Source: Methanobacteriota archaeon (lineage in GTDB: Archaea; Thermoplasmatota; E2; JACPAO01). From it: a DNA stretch of 36,961 bases. Where the stretch lies: contig JACPAO010000024.1 in NCBI GenBank assembly GCA_016180755.1, positions 1-36,961 on the forward strand, read 5' to 3'. The position numbers and the translations under genes were made by a program. Positions 1 to 8,644 of this stretch are shown here, piece by piece. The number at the start of each line of letters is the position of its first letter. Positions within the stretch are counted from its first letter, which is position 1. The notes below the pieces were generated by a model. The model made no database searches. It had not been told where the DNA came from and saw only the letters and a program-made list of their open reading frames with translations.

Positions 1-697
1 CGCCGAAGATCAGGTTCGACGTGGACGAGTCCTGCTTCGTCACGCCATTGACGCGCGACCGGATCCGCAGGCGGTGCGGGTCCGCCACTTCGTCCCGCGT
101 CACGAGGTAGGGCCCAAGGGGGCAGAACGTGTCGAGCGTCTTTGCGCGCACGAATTGGCCGTCGCTCTTCTGGAGGTTCCTCGCGGTCACGTCGTTCGCG
201 GCGACGTACCCCGCCACGTGGGCGAAGGCCTCGTCGCGCGCGACGTTGCGCGCGCGGCGCCCGATGACGACAGCAAGCTCCGCCTCCCAGTCGACCATCG
301 ACGTGAGGGAAGGGTTCCAGGTGATCTCGTCGCCGGGCCCCACGATCGCGTTCGCGTACTTCGCAAAGAGGATGGGGCTCGTGGGGGGTTCGAGGCCCTG
401 CTCGCGGCAGTGGTCGGCGTAGTTGAGGCCGATGCCGCAGATCTTGGAGGGCGCAACGAGCGGGCTCCGCCACCGGGGCGCGTCGGTCGCGACGGGTGCG
501 CCGCGCGCGAGGCGCTCGACCGTCCTGAGGCCGGCGTCCCCGAGGCGAAGGACCTCTTCCACGCCTTGGGCGCGGGCGATGACGGTCCCAGCCTCCGTCT
601 TGTCGTTCGACGCCGTCGAGGCGACGTCGACGTAGCCGCCCGGGGCCGCGACCGCAAGCCGGCGTCGGCCGTCCTTCTCCACGATGCCGATCCTCAT
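1..697 (-). CDS. Fumarylacetoacetate hydrolase (FAH) family protein; C-terminus cut by the window edge
   Basis: Absent from the ORF track because it runs off the window. The reverse-strand ATG at 695-697 reads MRIGIVEKDGRRRLAVAAPGGYVDV. The frame stays open to position 2 through ..KICGIGLNYADHCREQGLEPPTSPILFAK.. and ..LGPYLVTRDEVADPHRLRIRSRVNGVTKQDSSTSNLIFG, which are typical FAH-fold core motifs. Confidence 0.8.
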   Translation of the reverse strand, partial: MRIGIVEKDGRRRLAVAAPGGYVDVASTASNDKTEAGTVIARAQGVEEVLRLGDAGLRTVERLARGAPVATDAPRWRSPLVAPSKICGIGLNYADHCREQGLEPPTSPILFAKYANAIVGPGDEITWNPSLTSMVDWEAELAVVIGRRARNVARDEAFAHVAGYVAANDVTARNLQKSDGQFVRAKTLDTFCPLGPYLVTRDEVADPHRLRIRSRVNGVTKQDSSTSNLIFG

Positions 698-734
698 GCC
701 GTCGGCTGCGACGGCCTCGCTTCATTTGAAGGTT

Positions 735-1253
735 TCAGTCGCTTCGGACGATGGCCTCGGCGGTGTTGTGGACGCGGATCCGTTCCCGCGCGAGGTCGAA
801 CATGGGGACGGGGTCGCGGATCCCGCGCATGCGCATCGCGCCCGCCCCGTACGCCATCACGTCGAGCTCCGCGTAGCCGAGCAGACGCGAGAAGAAGCCG
901 CGACGAAGCGTGAGGAGCGTGACCTTCTCGTACGGGAGGACCTTGAGGTCGGTGGAGAAGAACTCGGTGCGGGAGTAGATGCGGTTGGGCGTGAGGACGT
1001 AGTCGGTGAACTGGACCTGGACCCACGCGAGGAAGATCCGAGGCCCGAGGTAGACGAGTTCGAGGGTCACGGCGCCGAGTCCGAAGGTGGGGGGCCCCCA
1101 CGGCGGTCCCTCATCGACGAACTCGATCCCCACCCGTGTCATCGCGGCCGAGACCGCGAGCGTCACGCCGACGACGGCGAGGGCCTGGACGACCTCGCCG
1201 ACGAGGAGGCGGGGGGAAGGTCGTACGGTTCGGAGCGGGACCTCGCCGTCCAC
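735..1253 (-). CDS. PH-domain (bPH_2 / YdbS-like) membrane protein, paralogue 1 of 3
   Basis: 172-aa ORF. Two hydrophobic helices are followed by YVLTPNRIYSRTEFFSTDLKVLPYEKVTLLTLRRGFFSRLLGYAELDV, the bacterial-type PH-domain pattern (Y.lT..r......l.......ip...I..v......lG.g.l). Confidence 0.75.
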   Translation of the reverse strand: MDGEVPLRTVRPSPRLLVGEVVQALAVVGVTLAVSAAMTRVGIEFVDEGPPWGPPTFGLGAVTLELVYLGPRIFLAWVQVQFTDYVLTPNRIYSRTEFFSTDLKVLPYEKVTLLTLRRGFFSRLLGYAELDVMAYGAGAMRMRGIRDPVPMFDLARERIRVHNTAEAIVRSD

Positions 1254-1278
1254 GAGCGCGCTCTGGCCGAGCGCGAGG

Positions 1279-1995
1279 TCACGAAGCTCGGGCGCGGCCA
1301 GCCTTCCTCACCTCCGCCTTGTGCCTCGACGCGCAGTGGGGGCAGGGGACGCTTGTGCCGAGTTCGGCCTTGGGCCGTCGGTAGCTTCGGCGCGTGTTCG
1401 GGCACACGAGGGTCATGAGGGCCTTGTCGGGGACGAACCGCGGCAGGCGACGCGGCGGGGGCGCCTCGCGCGGACCCGTCCCGATGGCGCGCTCGCGGGC
1501 CGCCTCGATGAGTTGCTTGAGCGCGAACGCGTCCCGGACGCCTTCCATCTGGACGGGAGCCGTGTTGCTGCCGGCCGTGTTGACAAGGAGGGAGGAGTAA
1601 CCGAAGATGCGGCCGATCACGTCCTGCTTGACGCTGATGTCGGTGATCTTCTCGAACGTCGTCTGGATGACGGTCTGGCCGATGAGGCCGGTCCGCGTGT
1701 ACACGCCCTGGTCTGTGAGGATGTACTGCGTCCGTCGCAGGCGCATGACGTTGAGGCCGACGAGGATGGCGGCGATCACGACGAAGAGCGGAAGGATCGC
1801 GAGGACGGGGGCGCCGGCGTCGGAGGCCGCCCCGAGCGAGAAGAGACTGAAGAAGAGGAACCCGACGATGAGGCCGAACGTCTGCCGGACGAGGACGGCG
1901 AGCGTCGGACGGCCGCGCCAGAGGAGCCGTTCGCCTTTCCGTACGTACTCGGGTACGGCCGCCGAGTCGGGGACGAAGGTGGGCACCTCGGTCAC
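1279..1995 (-). CDS. PH-domain (bPH_2) membrane protein with a degenerate C-terminal zinc-ribbon-like tail, paralogue 2
   Basis: The GTG at 1993-1995 overlaps the stop of the upstream gene (GTGA). The upstream part of the 275-aa track ORF is Arg/Pro-rich and overlaps that gene, so I trimmed it. Motifs: GERLLWRGRP, two TM helices, and QYILTDQGVYTRTGLIGQTVIQTTFEKITDISVKQDVIGRIFGYSSLLVNTAG. The tail is CPN-x19-CPHC. Confidence 0.7.
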   Translation of the reverse strand: MTEVPTFVPDSAAVPEYVRKGERLLWRGRPTLAVLVRQTFGLIVGFLFFSLFSLGAASDAGAPVLAILPLFVVIAAILVGLNVMRLRRTQYILTDQGVYTRTGLIGQTVIQTTFEKITDISVKQDVIGRIFGYSSLLVNTAGSNTAPVQMEGVRDAFALKQLIEAARERAIGTGPREAPPPRRLPRFVPDKALMTLVCPNTRRSYRRPKAELGTSVPCPHCASRHKAEVRKAGRARAS

Positions 1996-2666
1996 GCGGG
2001 CGCCTCCTCGAAGAGCATTCCTCTCTCGTGGCATCGGGGGCACTCGACGTCGATGGGCCGACGGGGCGGGACCGGGAGCACGGCGCCGCAGTTGGGGCAT
2101 TCGCATTCGGTGGAGACGTGCGGCGAGGCCGGCTCGGACCTCGACCGGCCGCTTTCGCGAAGGAGCCGGGCGATGAAGTCATGCCGCGCGTTCTGGATGA
2201 TACCGCGGATCGTGTACGGGTCCCGAAGCCCGGGCAGGTACACGCCGCCGCCCGCCGTGCGGACGGCAAGCCCGGAGTAGCCGAAGATCCGCCCTACGAG
2301 CGTGGTGCGAACATGGAGGTCGGTCACCCGGTCAAGGGCGGCCGCGTCGACATGGAGGAGCAGGTTGCCGCGACGGGCGTACACGGCCTCGTCCGTGACG
2401 ACGTATTCGGACGTCGCCACCCTGCGCCAAACGTAGACGAGGCTCGCGACGAGGTGGAGGGCGGCTCCGGCCGCGATGAAAAGGAGCCAGAGCCCGGGGG
2501 CGGGGGGCCCGCCGAAGACGACGAAGGCCGTCAGTCCGCCCCACACGATCGCCGCGAGGACGAGCGTCGCGAGCATGTGCTCGAACCCCCACGCCCGCGC
2601 CATCCGGGCTTCGACGAGCATGCGCTCGGACCGGAGGAGGAAGAAACGGCGGGGGTAGGAGGCCAA
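1992..2666 (-). CDS. PH-domain (bPH_2) membrane protein with a C-terminal CxxC-x15-CxxC zinc ribbon, paralogue 3
   Basis: 224-aa ORF starting at TTG 2664-2666. Two TM helices are followed by EYVVTDEAVYARRGNLLLHVDAAALDRVTDLHVRTTLVGRIFGYSGLAVRTAG. The tail is ECECPNCGAVLPVPPRRPIDVECPRC. A TATA-like box lies 28 nt upstream. Confidence 0.7.
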   Translation of the reverse strand: MASYPRRFFLLRSERMLVEARMARAWGFEHMLATLVLAAIVWGGLTAFVVFGGPPAPGLWLLFIAAGAALHLVASLVYVWRRVATSEYVVTDEAVYARRGNLLLHVDAAALDRVTDLHVRTTLVGRIFGYSGLAVRTAGGGVYLPGLRDPYTIRGIIQNARHDFIARLLRESGRSRSEPASPHVSTECECPNCGAVLPVPPRRPIDVECPRCHERGMLFEEAPA

Positions 2667-2687
2667 CGCGGCGCGCAGGGGCTCGGC

Positions 2688-2698
2688 GGATTAAAGCC
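2688..2698 (-). promoter_or_regulatory. TATA-like box (minus strand GGCTTTAATCC) upstream of the PH-domain gene trio
   Basis: An isolated AT-rich box in GC-rich DNA, about 28 nt upstream of the TTG start at 2666. The spacing matches the other putative leaderless promoters in this window. Confidence 0.4.
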
Positions 2699-2703
2699 TG
2701 GGG

Positions 2704-3684
2704 TTACGCTCGCCTCGGGCCGCCGGCGCGCGCCTCAAGGAGCGCGCGCTTGGTGAACACGCGCGCCATCCGTTTGCGGTAGCTGGGGCTCAGGTTGGTG
2801 TTCTTCACGGGCCGCACCTGCGTCTCGACGGCGGCCGCGGCCTCGTCGATGGCGGCATCCGTGAGTTTCTTGCCCCGCAGGCCGGACCCGATGTCCCTCA
2901 GAAGCTTGGGGGCGCACTCCAGGGCGTTCGCGACAATCTGCAGGTCCTCGACGGTCTCGCCCTTCATCTTCAGGGCGACCGCGATTCCCAGTTCGGGGAA
3001 ATCCCAGGATTCCCGCTGGCGAAGCTTCTGGTAGCTTGCGCGGTACTGGGACGCCGTTGGGGGCAGGTGGACGAACGTGAGGAGTTCGTCGGGCCGCTTC
3101 GCGTGCCGGTCGATGCCGTCGTTCTTGTAGAACTCGACGGCCGGGACCCGCCGGGTCCCCGAGGGACCGGCGAGCTCGAACGTCGCGCCGAGCGCGATGA
3201 GTGGACCCGGGAGGTCGGCGCTGAAGGTCGCGTAGCACTTGGTCTCCTGCGGGACCACGTGGCAGGCCGTGCCGCCGGCCTTGAGGCAGAAGTCGATGCT
3301 CTCGCGCCAGACGTAGGACTGGTTGAAGAAGAAGCACCGGTTCTCGAGCATTAGGTTCCCGCCGAGGGTCCCTGAGTTGCGGATGAGGGGGCTTGCGATG
3401 AGGCCGGCCGTCTGGGCGACGACCGGGACCTCTTGCCACAGCGCCCCGTCCATGTTCATCTGCTTGAGTGTGGCGAGCGCCCCGATCTTGGTCGGCGAGA
3501 TCGCGCGAAGCTCGTCGACCTTGTGGAGGCCGATGACATGGGGGCGCGTGTTGAGCTGCCATTTGTAGTTGGGCAGGAGGTCCGTGCCGCCCGCGAGGAA
3601 GTCGCTTTCCGGGTGCAGTTGGCGGAGCGCGACGGCCTCCGCGACCGTCGTCGGCTCGTGGAGCTGGAACGGCGGAAGGAGCAT
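2704..3684 (-). CDS. Molybdenum-hydroxylase FAD-binding (medium) subunit with a four-Cys insertion, CoxM/XdhB/HcrB family
   Basis: Only the last 326 aa of the 703-aa track ORF are coherent: MLLPPFQLHEPTTVAEAVAL..FLAGGTDLLPNYK..IRNSGTLGGNL. The insertion is C117-x15-C133-x7-C141-x8-C150 (NRCFFFNQSYVWRESIDFCLKAGGTACHVVPQETKC). The ATG at 3682-3684 is 2 nt after the large-subunit stop. Confidence 0.85.
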   Translation of the reverse strand: MLLPPFQLHEPTTVAEAVALRQLHPESDFLAGGTDLLPNYKWQLNTRPHVIGLHKVDELRAISPTKIGALATLKQMNMDGALWQEVPVVAQTAGLIASPLIRNSGTLGGNLMLENRCFFFNQSYVWRESIDFCLKAGGTACHVVPQETKCYATFSADLPGPLIALGATFELAGPSGTRRVPAVEFYKNDGIDRHAKRPDELLTFVHLPPTASQYRASYQKLRQRESWDFPELGIAVALKMKGETVEDLQIVANALECAPKLLRDIGSGLRGKKLTDAAIDEAAAAVETQVRPVKNTNLSPSYRKRMARVFTKRALLEARAGGPRRA

Positions 3685-3686
3685 GC

Positions 3687-6169
3687 TCACGGTCGGCGCA
3701 CCCCGCGCTTCACGGCGACGGCGGCCGCTTTCCCGAGCGGCGTCGGTTTCTTCCAGCCGCCCTGGAGTCGCATCTGGTCGTGGAGGCGGTCGGGCGTGAT
3801 CGGCAGCTCGTGCATCCGGACGCCGACCGCGTCGTGGATCGCGTTCACGACGGCCGGAAGGATGGGAAGGAGCGGGCCCTCGCCGGCCTCCTTCGCGCCG
3901 AAGGGGCCCTCCGCGTCGTTCGACTCGACGAGGAACGTCTCGACGTCGGGCATCTCGATGCTCGTGGGAATCTTGTAGTCGAGGAGGTTCGGGTTGCGGA
4001 GATTGGGGCCGCGGTACTCGAGGCTCTCCGAGTACACCTGGCCGAGGCCCATGTGGATGCTGCCCTCGATCTGGCCCTCGACGGAGAGCCGGTTGAGGAC
4101 CTTCCCGCAGTCGTGGGCCGCCCAGACCTTGGTGCAGCGCCACTGGGCCGTGTCGAGGTCGACGTCGACCTCCGCCACGTAGGCGTTCATGGAGTAGGCC
4201 GGCGCGAGGCCGGCCGTCGCGCCCTTGAAGTCGCCGCCCATCTTCGTGGAGTTGAACGAACCCCGCGCCACCAGGGCGCCCTTGTGGTCCATCGCCTTCC
4301 GGACGGCGTCCGTGAACGACACGCGCCGGGACGGGTTCGACGCGTCGAAGACCATCTCGTCCTGGAACAGGAACAGCTCGGGCTGCCCGCCCACGACGGC
4401 CGCGGCCGCCTGCTGGAGCTCGCGCCGCACCTCCTCCGCGGCCTTGCGCGCGGCGTTTCCCATCATGAACGTCACGCGGCTCGAGTAGGAGCCGAGGTCG
4501 ATGGGGGCGGTGTCGGTGTTCTGGCTGTACACGCGGATCCGGTCGAGGCGGATCCCGAGGACCTCGGCGACGACCATCGCGGCGACCGTGTCGCTGCCTT
4601 GGCCGATCTCGGCGGCCCCCGTGTGCACGGTCACGCCGGCGTCCATGTCGATCTTGAGGTGGACCGTGGACTGCGGCATCCCCGGGACGTCCCAGTGGAT
4701 GGGTAGGTTGCTGCCGCTGATGTAGAAGCCGCAGCCGAGCCCGAGCCCCTTGCCGAGGGGCATCTTGCGCCACCGTTCGTCCCAACGGCTCGCGGTGCGG
4801 ACCTTGTCGAGGCATTCCGGGAGGCCGTTGCTCGTGATCCGGAAATCGTTGATCGTGTGGCTGTAGGGGGGCATCATGTTCTGGAGGCGCACCGCGAACG
4901 GGTCGAGGCCGAGCTCCTCGCAGGCCTCGTCGATGAGCACCTCGAGGCTGCAGCGCGAGTTCACGGCGCCGTGCCCGCGCATGGCCCCCGAGGGGACGCG
5001 GTTCGTGTAGACGCGGCGGCCCGGTACCGGAAGTTCGGGACCTTGTAGGGGCCCATGCTGAGGACGCCGTTGTAGTAGGTGCTGATGATGCCGAAGCTCG
5101 CGAACGCGCCGCCGTCTATCACGGCCTCGATCTCGAGCGCCTTGATGTTGCCCTGCCGGTCCATCGCGAGGGCGAACTCGTTCTCCGTCGGGTGGCGGCC
5201 GCGGCCCGAGTAGAACGAGTGCTCCCGGTCGAAGAGGAGCTTCACGGGCCGCCGCGTGCGCATGGCGAGGAGGGCGGTCGCCATCTCGAACGGGAACGGG
5301 TCGGACTTTCCGCCGAAGCCTCCGCCCACCTGGGGCCGGATGACCTGGATCCGGTGCATGGGGAGGCCCGTGACCTCGGCGAGGGCCCGGTGCACGTAGT
5401 GCGGTACCTGCGTCGCGCTCCAGACGACGAGCCGTCCGGCGGCCGTATAGTGGGCTATGACGCAGTGCGGTTCGGTGAAGGCGTGGGTGACGCCTTGGAA
5501 CTTCCACTTGCGGCGGACGGAATAGTCGGCTGCGCGGAACGCCTCGTCGGGGCGGCCGAACTCCTGGTCGACGTGCTTCTGCACGTTCGATTGGTCGATG
5601 CCGATGTCGGGGTGGATCTTCTCGGGGACGGGCTTGAGGCCTTCGCTCGGCTTGAGGTACGAGGGGAGGTCCTCGTACGTGACCTTGAGGAGCCTCACCG
5701 CCTCCTTCGCCGTCCACTCGTCCTCGGCGGCGACGATCGCCACGTAGTCGCCGATGAAGCGCACCTTCTCGAGCGCGAGGGGCTCCTCGTCCTTCGTGAG
5801 GGGAAGCACGCCGAACTTGCGCGTGGGGTCGAGCTCGAGGCCGGTGAGCACGTCCACGACGCCCGCGAGGTTACGCGCATCGGTCGCATCGATCGCCTTG
5901 ATCCGCGCATGGGGTCGCGTCGAGTGGAGCATCTTCGCGACGAGCATGTTGGGGAGCTGGATGTCGTCCGTGTAGACGGCCTGGCCGCTCACCTTCGAGG
6001 GGCCGTCGATGAGCGGCACACGTTTCCCGAGCAGCTTGAAACCCTCGGCGGGCCGGTGCGGATGCTCACCCGCGGGCAAGGGCTCGCGGTACGGCCGCCA
6101 CTTCGCCTCGGGGTCGACGTCCGGGACGACGACCGCCTTCCGCTTGTCGGGGATGGGCTCGAGCGTCAT
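3687..6169 (-). pseudogene. Molybdopterin-binding large subunit of a xanthine-dehydrogenase-family enzyme (aldehyde oxidoreductase / 4-hydroxybenzoyl-CoA reductase-like), split by a frameshift near 5015-5030
   Basis: The N-terminal part lies in the frame of ORF 4961..6286 (MTLEPIPDKRK..QVGGGFGGKSDPF..GPYKVPNFRY). The C-terminal part lies in the frame of ORF 3687..5717 (GRRVYTNRVPSGAMRGHGAVNS..AKEAGEGPLLPILPAVVNAIHDAVG). Homology jumps frames within TACCGGGCCGCCGCGTC. The start ATG overlaps the small-subunit stop (ATGA). Confidence 0.8.
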
Positions 6170-6687
6170 TTCGCCCGCCTCGCGGGGGCGGCGATCGGCG
6201 GCGTCGGCCGGGCGGGCTCGGGGGCGAGCTCCTTCGCGGCGACCTTCACGGCGTCGATGATCTTGATGTATCCCGTGCAGCGGCACAGGTTTCCGCTGAT
6301 GGCTTCCCGGATCTCCTTGTCGTCCGGGTCGGGGTTCCGGTCAAGGAGCGCCTTCGTCGTCATGATGAAGCCGGGCGTGCAGAAGCCGCACTGGCTACCG
6401 CCGATCTCACTGAAGGCCGCCTGGATTGGATGGAGCCGATTGGGTGTCCCGAGAGCCTCCACCGTCGTAATCTCCTTCCCTGCGGCTTGCGCCGCGAGCG
6501 TGAGGCAGCTCAGGCGGTTCTCGCCGTCGATCAAGACCGTGCAGCAGCCGCAGGTCCCCATGTCGCAGCCGCGCTTCGTTCCGGTGAGGCGGCAGGATTC
6601 CCGGAGGACGTCGAGGAGGATGGCGTTGTCCGGCGCCGCGACTTCACGGGCGACGCCGTTCACCGTGAGCTTGAGGATCTTGTTCAT
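6166..6687 (-). CDS. [2Fe-2S]-binding small subunit of the molybdenum hydroxylase (CoxS/XdhC-gamma/HcrC family)
   Basis: 173 aa with both cluster motifs, GCDMGTCGCCTV and CGFCTPGFIMT..LCRCTGY. It has ATGA overlaps with both neighbouring genes. Confidence 0.9.
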   Translation of the reverse strand: MNKILKLTVNGVAREVAAPDNAILLDVLRESCRLTGTKRGCDMGTCGCCTVLIDGENRLSCLTLAAQAAGKEITTVEALGTPNRLHPIQAAFSEIGGSQCGFCTPGFIMTTKALLDRNPDPDDKEIREAISGNLCRCTGYIKIIDAVKVAAKELAPEPARPTPPIAAPARRAK

Positions 6688-7487
6688 CGCGCGGTCGCCT
6701 CCGGCAGCCGCTCCGTGGGGCGCTTGAGGGTCCCGACGATCTCGGCGGCGACGGCCACCGCGATCTCCTCGGGCGACTCGGCCCCGACCGGTGCGCCGAT
6801 CGGGCAGACGATCCGGTCAATGTGCCGGTCCGGGATCCCACGCTTCCTCAGTTCGCTCTCGATGTGGTGGCGTTTGGCGGCGCTGCCGATCGCGCCGACG
6901 AACCCCGGGAACCGGGGAAGGAGCGCGGCGAGGATCTCGACGTCGAGCTCCCAGCTGTGGCCGAGGAGGTAGGCGTGGCTGTAGTCCGAGAGGTCGGCCT
7001 CCTTCGCCCAAGCGGCCGGCGGGGCCGCGACGGCCGCCACCGCGTTCGGGAACCGTTCGCGGTTCGCGTACTCCGCGCGCGCGTCGACGAGCGTCACGTC
7101 CCAGTCGAGCGTCGGAGCGATGTCGGAGAGCGCCTTGCCGCAGTGTCCTCCGCCGAAGAGGAGCAGGTGGGGCAGGGGACGGTGGACGAGGACCGAGACG
7201 TCGACGCTGCCGCCGCAGATGGAGTTGAGGCCGCCGGGTTTCCACTTCGCGAGGTCGAAGTGCCGGACGCCGCCCTGGCCCGACCGGAGCGCTTCGAGGG
7301 CCGCCGCCTTGACCTTGTCCTCGAGGCCCGCCCCGCCGACCGTGCCGCGCGCCGTCCCGTCCTCGGTGACGACCATCGTGGATCCGAGCTTGCCTGGGAC
7401 ACTTCCCTCGGTCTCCACGACCGTGCAGACGGCAAAGGGCCGCCGCCGCTCGGTCAGGTGGAGCATCTCACGCAAGAGGCCGCGCAT
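6684..7487 (-). CDS. XdhC/CoxI-family molybdenum-cofactor insertion chaperone
   Basis: MRGLLREMLHLTERRRPFAVCTVVETEGSVPGKLGSTMVVTEDGTARGTVGGAGLE.. followed by a Rossmann-like LLLFGGGHCGKAL. The start is uncertain: ATG 7487 overlaps the upstream gene by 20 nt, and ATG 7466 is the alternative. Confidence 0.8.
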   Translation of the reverse strand: MRGLLREMLHLTERRRPFAVCTVVETEGSVPGKLGSTMVVTEDGTARGTVGGAGLEDKVKAAALEALRSGQGGVRHFDLAKWKPGGLNSICGGSVDVSVLVHRPLPHLLLFGGGHCGKALSDIAPTLDWDVTLVDARAEYANRERFPNAVAAVAAPPAAWAKEADLSDYSHAYLLGHSWELDVEILAALLPRFPGFVGAIGSAAKRHHIESELRKRGIPDRHIDRIVCPIGAPVGAESPEEIAVAVAAEIVGTLKRPTERLPEATAR

Positions 7488-8064
7488 GTCGAGACCCCCG
7501 CAGAAAGGTTTCGAGCTTCTTGAGGTCGTCGGGCGTGTCAACGTTGAGCAAGACGCCTGGATCGTCGACGGGGACCTCGACGACGCGCCCCGGTCGCGCG
7601 TGGAGGACGTCGTGCAGCGGCTGGTCGTCCTCGAGCCGCAGGACCTCGTTGCGAAGCGGGCCCGCGAACGCCGTCGGGTGCCCGCGGCGGCCCTGGAACG
7701 TTGGGACGCGGATCCCCCCGACCTGCGCCACGAGCGCCTCGAGGGCCGCGTCCGAAACGCACGGATGGTCGATGGGCCACACGAGGAACGCCGACGCGTC
7801 GGGCAGCGCCCGGAGGCCGACCTTCACGCTTCCCGTCCGGCCCCGCTGCCACTCTGCGTTCACGACCACGCGGGCCGGCGCGGGGGCCGCCGGACGGATG
7901 GCCTCGGCGTGCGCGCCCACGACGACCGCGATCTCGTGGACCCCGAGCGACGCAAGCTGGCGGCAGGCCCGGGCGATGGCCGGTTCGGTGCCCACCTTCA
8001 CGAGGGCCTTGGGGGACCCCATCCGCGTCGAGGCACCCGCCGCCAGGAGAATGGCGCCGTACAT
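7468..8064 (-). CDS. MobA/MocA-like molybdenum-cofactor nucleotidyltransferase
   Basis: MYGAILLAAGASTRMGSPKAL.. is the NTP_transf_3 signature (LAAGxSxRMG..K). It is the first gene of the Mo-hydroxylase operon. The track start at 8067 is a TTG one codon upstream of this ATG. Confidence 0.8.
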   Translation of the reverse strand: MYGAILLAAGASTRMGSPKALVKVGTEPAIARACRQLASLGVHEIAVVVGAHAEAIRPAAPAPARVVVNAEWQRGRTGSVKVGLRALPDASAFLVWPIDHPCVSDAALEALVAQVGGIRVPTFQGRRGHPTAFAGPLRNEVLRLEDDQPLHDVLHARPGRVVEVPVDDPGVLLNVDTPDDLKKLETFLRGSRHARPLA

Positions 8065-8087
8065 CAACGCGTTCCAACCCGACCGGG

Positions 8088-8097
8088 GGTTATTAGC
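8088..8097 (-). promoter_or_regulatory. TATA-like box (minus strand GCTAATAACC) for the Mo-hydroxylase operon
   Basis: AT-rich box about 29 nt upstream of ATG 8064, in the divergent intergenic region 8065-8150. Confidence 0.4.
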
Positions 8098-8118
8098 TTC
8101 CCCCCGTCCCCAAGGGAG

Positions 8119-8127
8119 GGTTTAACC
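8119..8127 (+). promoter_or_regulatory. TATA-like box (GGTTTAACC) for the SRPBCC gene
   Basis: AT-rich box about 30 nt upstream of ATG 8151. Confidence 0.4.
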
Positions 8128-8150
8128 GTCGCCGCCCAACTTCTTGGAAC

Positions 8151-8606
8151 ATGGTCCGAATCGTGGCCTCGGCCGAGGTGCCGGTTCCGCCCGAACGTGC
8201 GAGCGAGCTCATCCTGAACCCTCGCGTCATGGAGCAGTGGCTCATCGGCGCGAAGGGCATGAAGGCCGACAAGTCGTGGCCGTTCTTCAACACGTCCTTG
8301 AGCTGGGAGACAGGCCAAGGCGCGGAGTTCTGCGAGGCCCGGGTCCTGGACAACCACCTCCCCGAGTTCCTCAAGGTCGACGTCACGACGCCGACGCACA
8401 GCCGCGTCGTCACGCACAAGTTCACAGCGCTCCCAAACGGCCGGACCCTGTACGAGCGGGTCGTCGAGGCGGAGTTCTCGGGGTTCCAGAAGCTCTTCGG
8501 GGCGGGACGGCTGAAGAGCCAGATCGAAAAAGAGGTCCGGCGGGCGGCGAGCCTCGTGAAGGAGGCCCCCGCCGCGGCGAAGAAGACAACCATGAAGCCT
8601 GCCTAG
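8151..8606 (+). CDS. SRPBCC-superfamily protein (CoxG / polyketide-cyclase-like fold)
   Basis: 151-aa ORF. The N-terminus IVASAEVPVPPERASELILNPRVMEQWL resembles the opening of SRPBCC/CoxG proteins. It is divergent from the Mo-hydroxylase operon. The fold assignment is by eye only. Confidence 0.5.
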   Translation: MVRIVASAEVPVPPERASELILNPRVMEQWLIGAKGMKADKSWPFFNTSLSWETGQGAEFCEARVLDNHLPEFLKVDVTTPTHSRVVTHKFTALPNGRTLYERVVEAEFSGFQKLFGAGRLKSQIEKEVRRAASLVKEAPAAAKKTTMKPA

Positions 8607-8644
8607 AGAAAGTTTCTTGAGACGGCCCGTTTTGGGCCCGAACC

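Noticed and set aside
74-2280. Several 150-400-aa ORFs (74..913+, 187..657-, 684..1418+, 1087..2280+, 1163..2269-) overlapping the FAH and PH-domain genes.
   Set aside because: All are Arg/Pro/Gly/Ala-rich with no motifs. The alternative frames encode proteins with clear FAH and bPH_2 signatures.
2704-4815. A 703-aa ORF read as a single protein.
   Set aside because: Only the C-terminal 326 aa (from ATG 3684) form a coherent FAD-binding subunit. The upstream 377 codons are an Arg/Pro-rich alternative frame of the large-subunit gene.
3687-6687. Annotation of the Mo enzyme as aerobic CO dehydrogenase (coxSLM).
   Set aside because: The large subunit has ..VPSGAMRGHGAVNS.. where CODH carries its characteristic Cys-containing or AYRGAGR loop. 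The FAD subunit has an HcrB-like Cys insertion. I kept only the family-level call of xanthine-dehydrogenase family.
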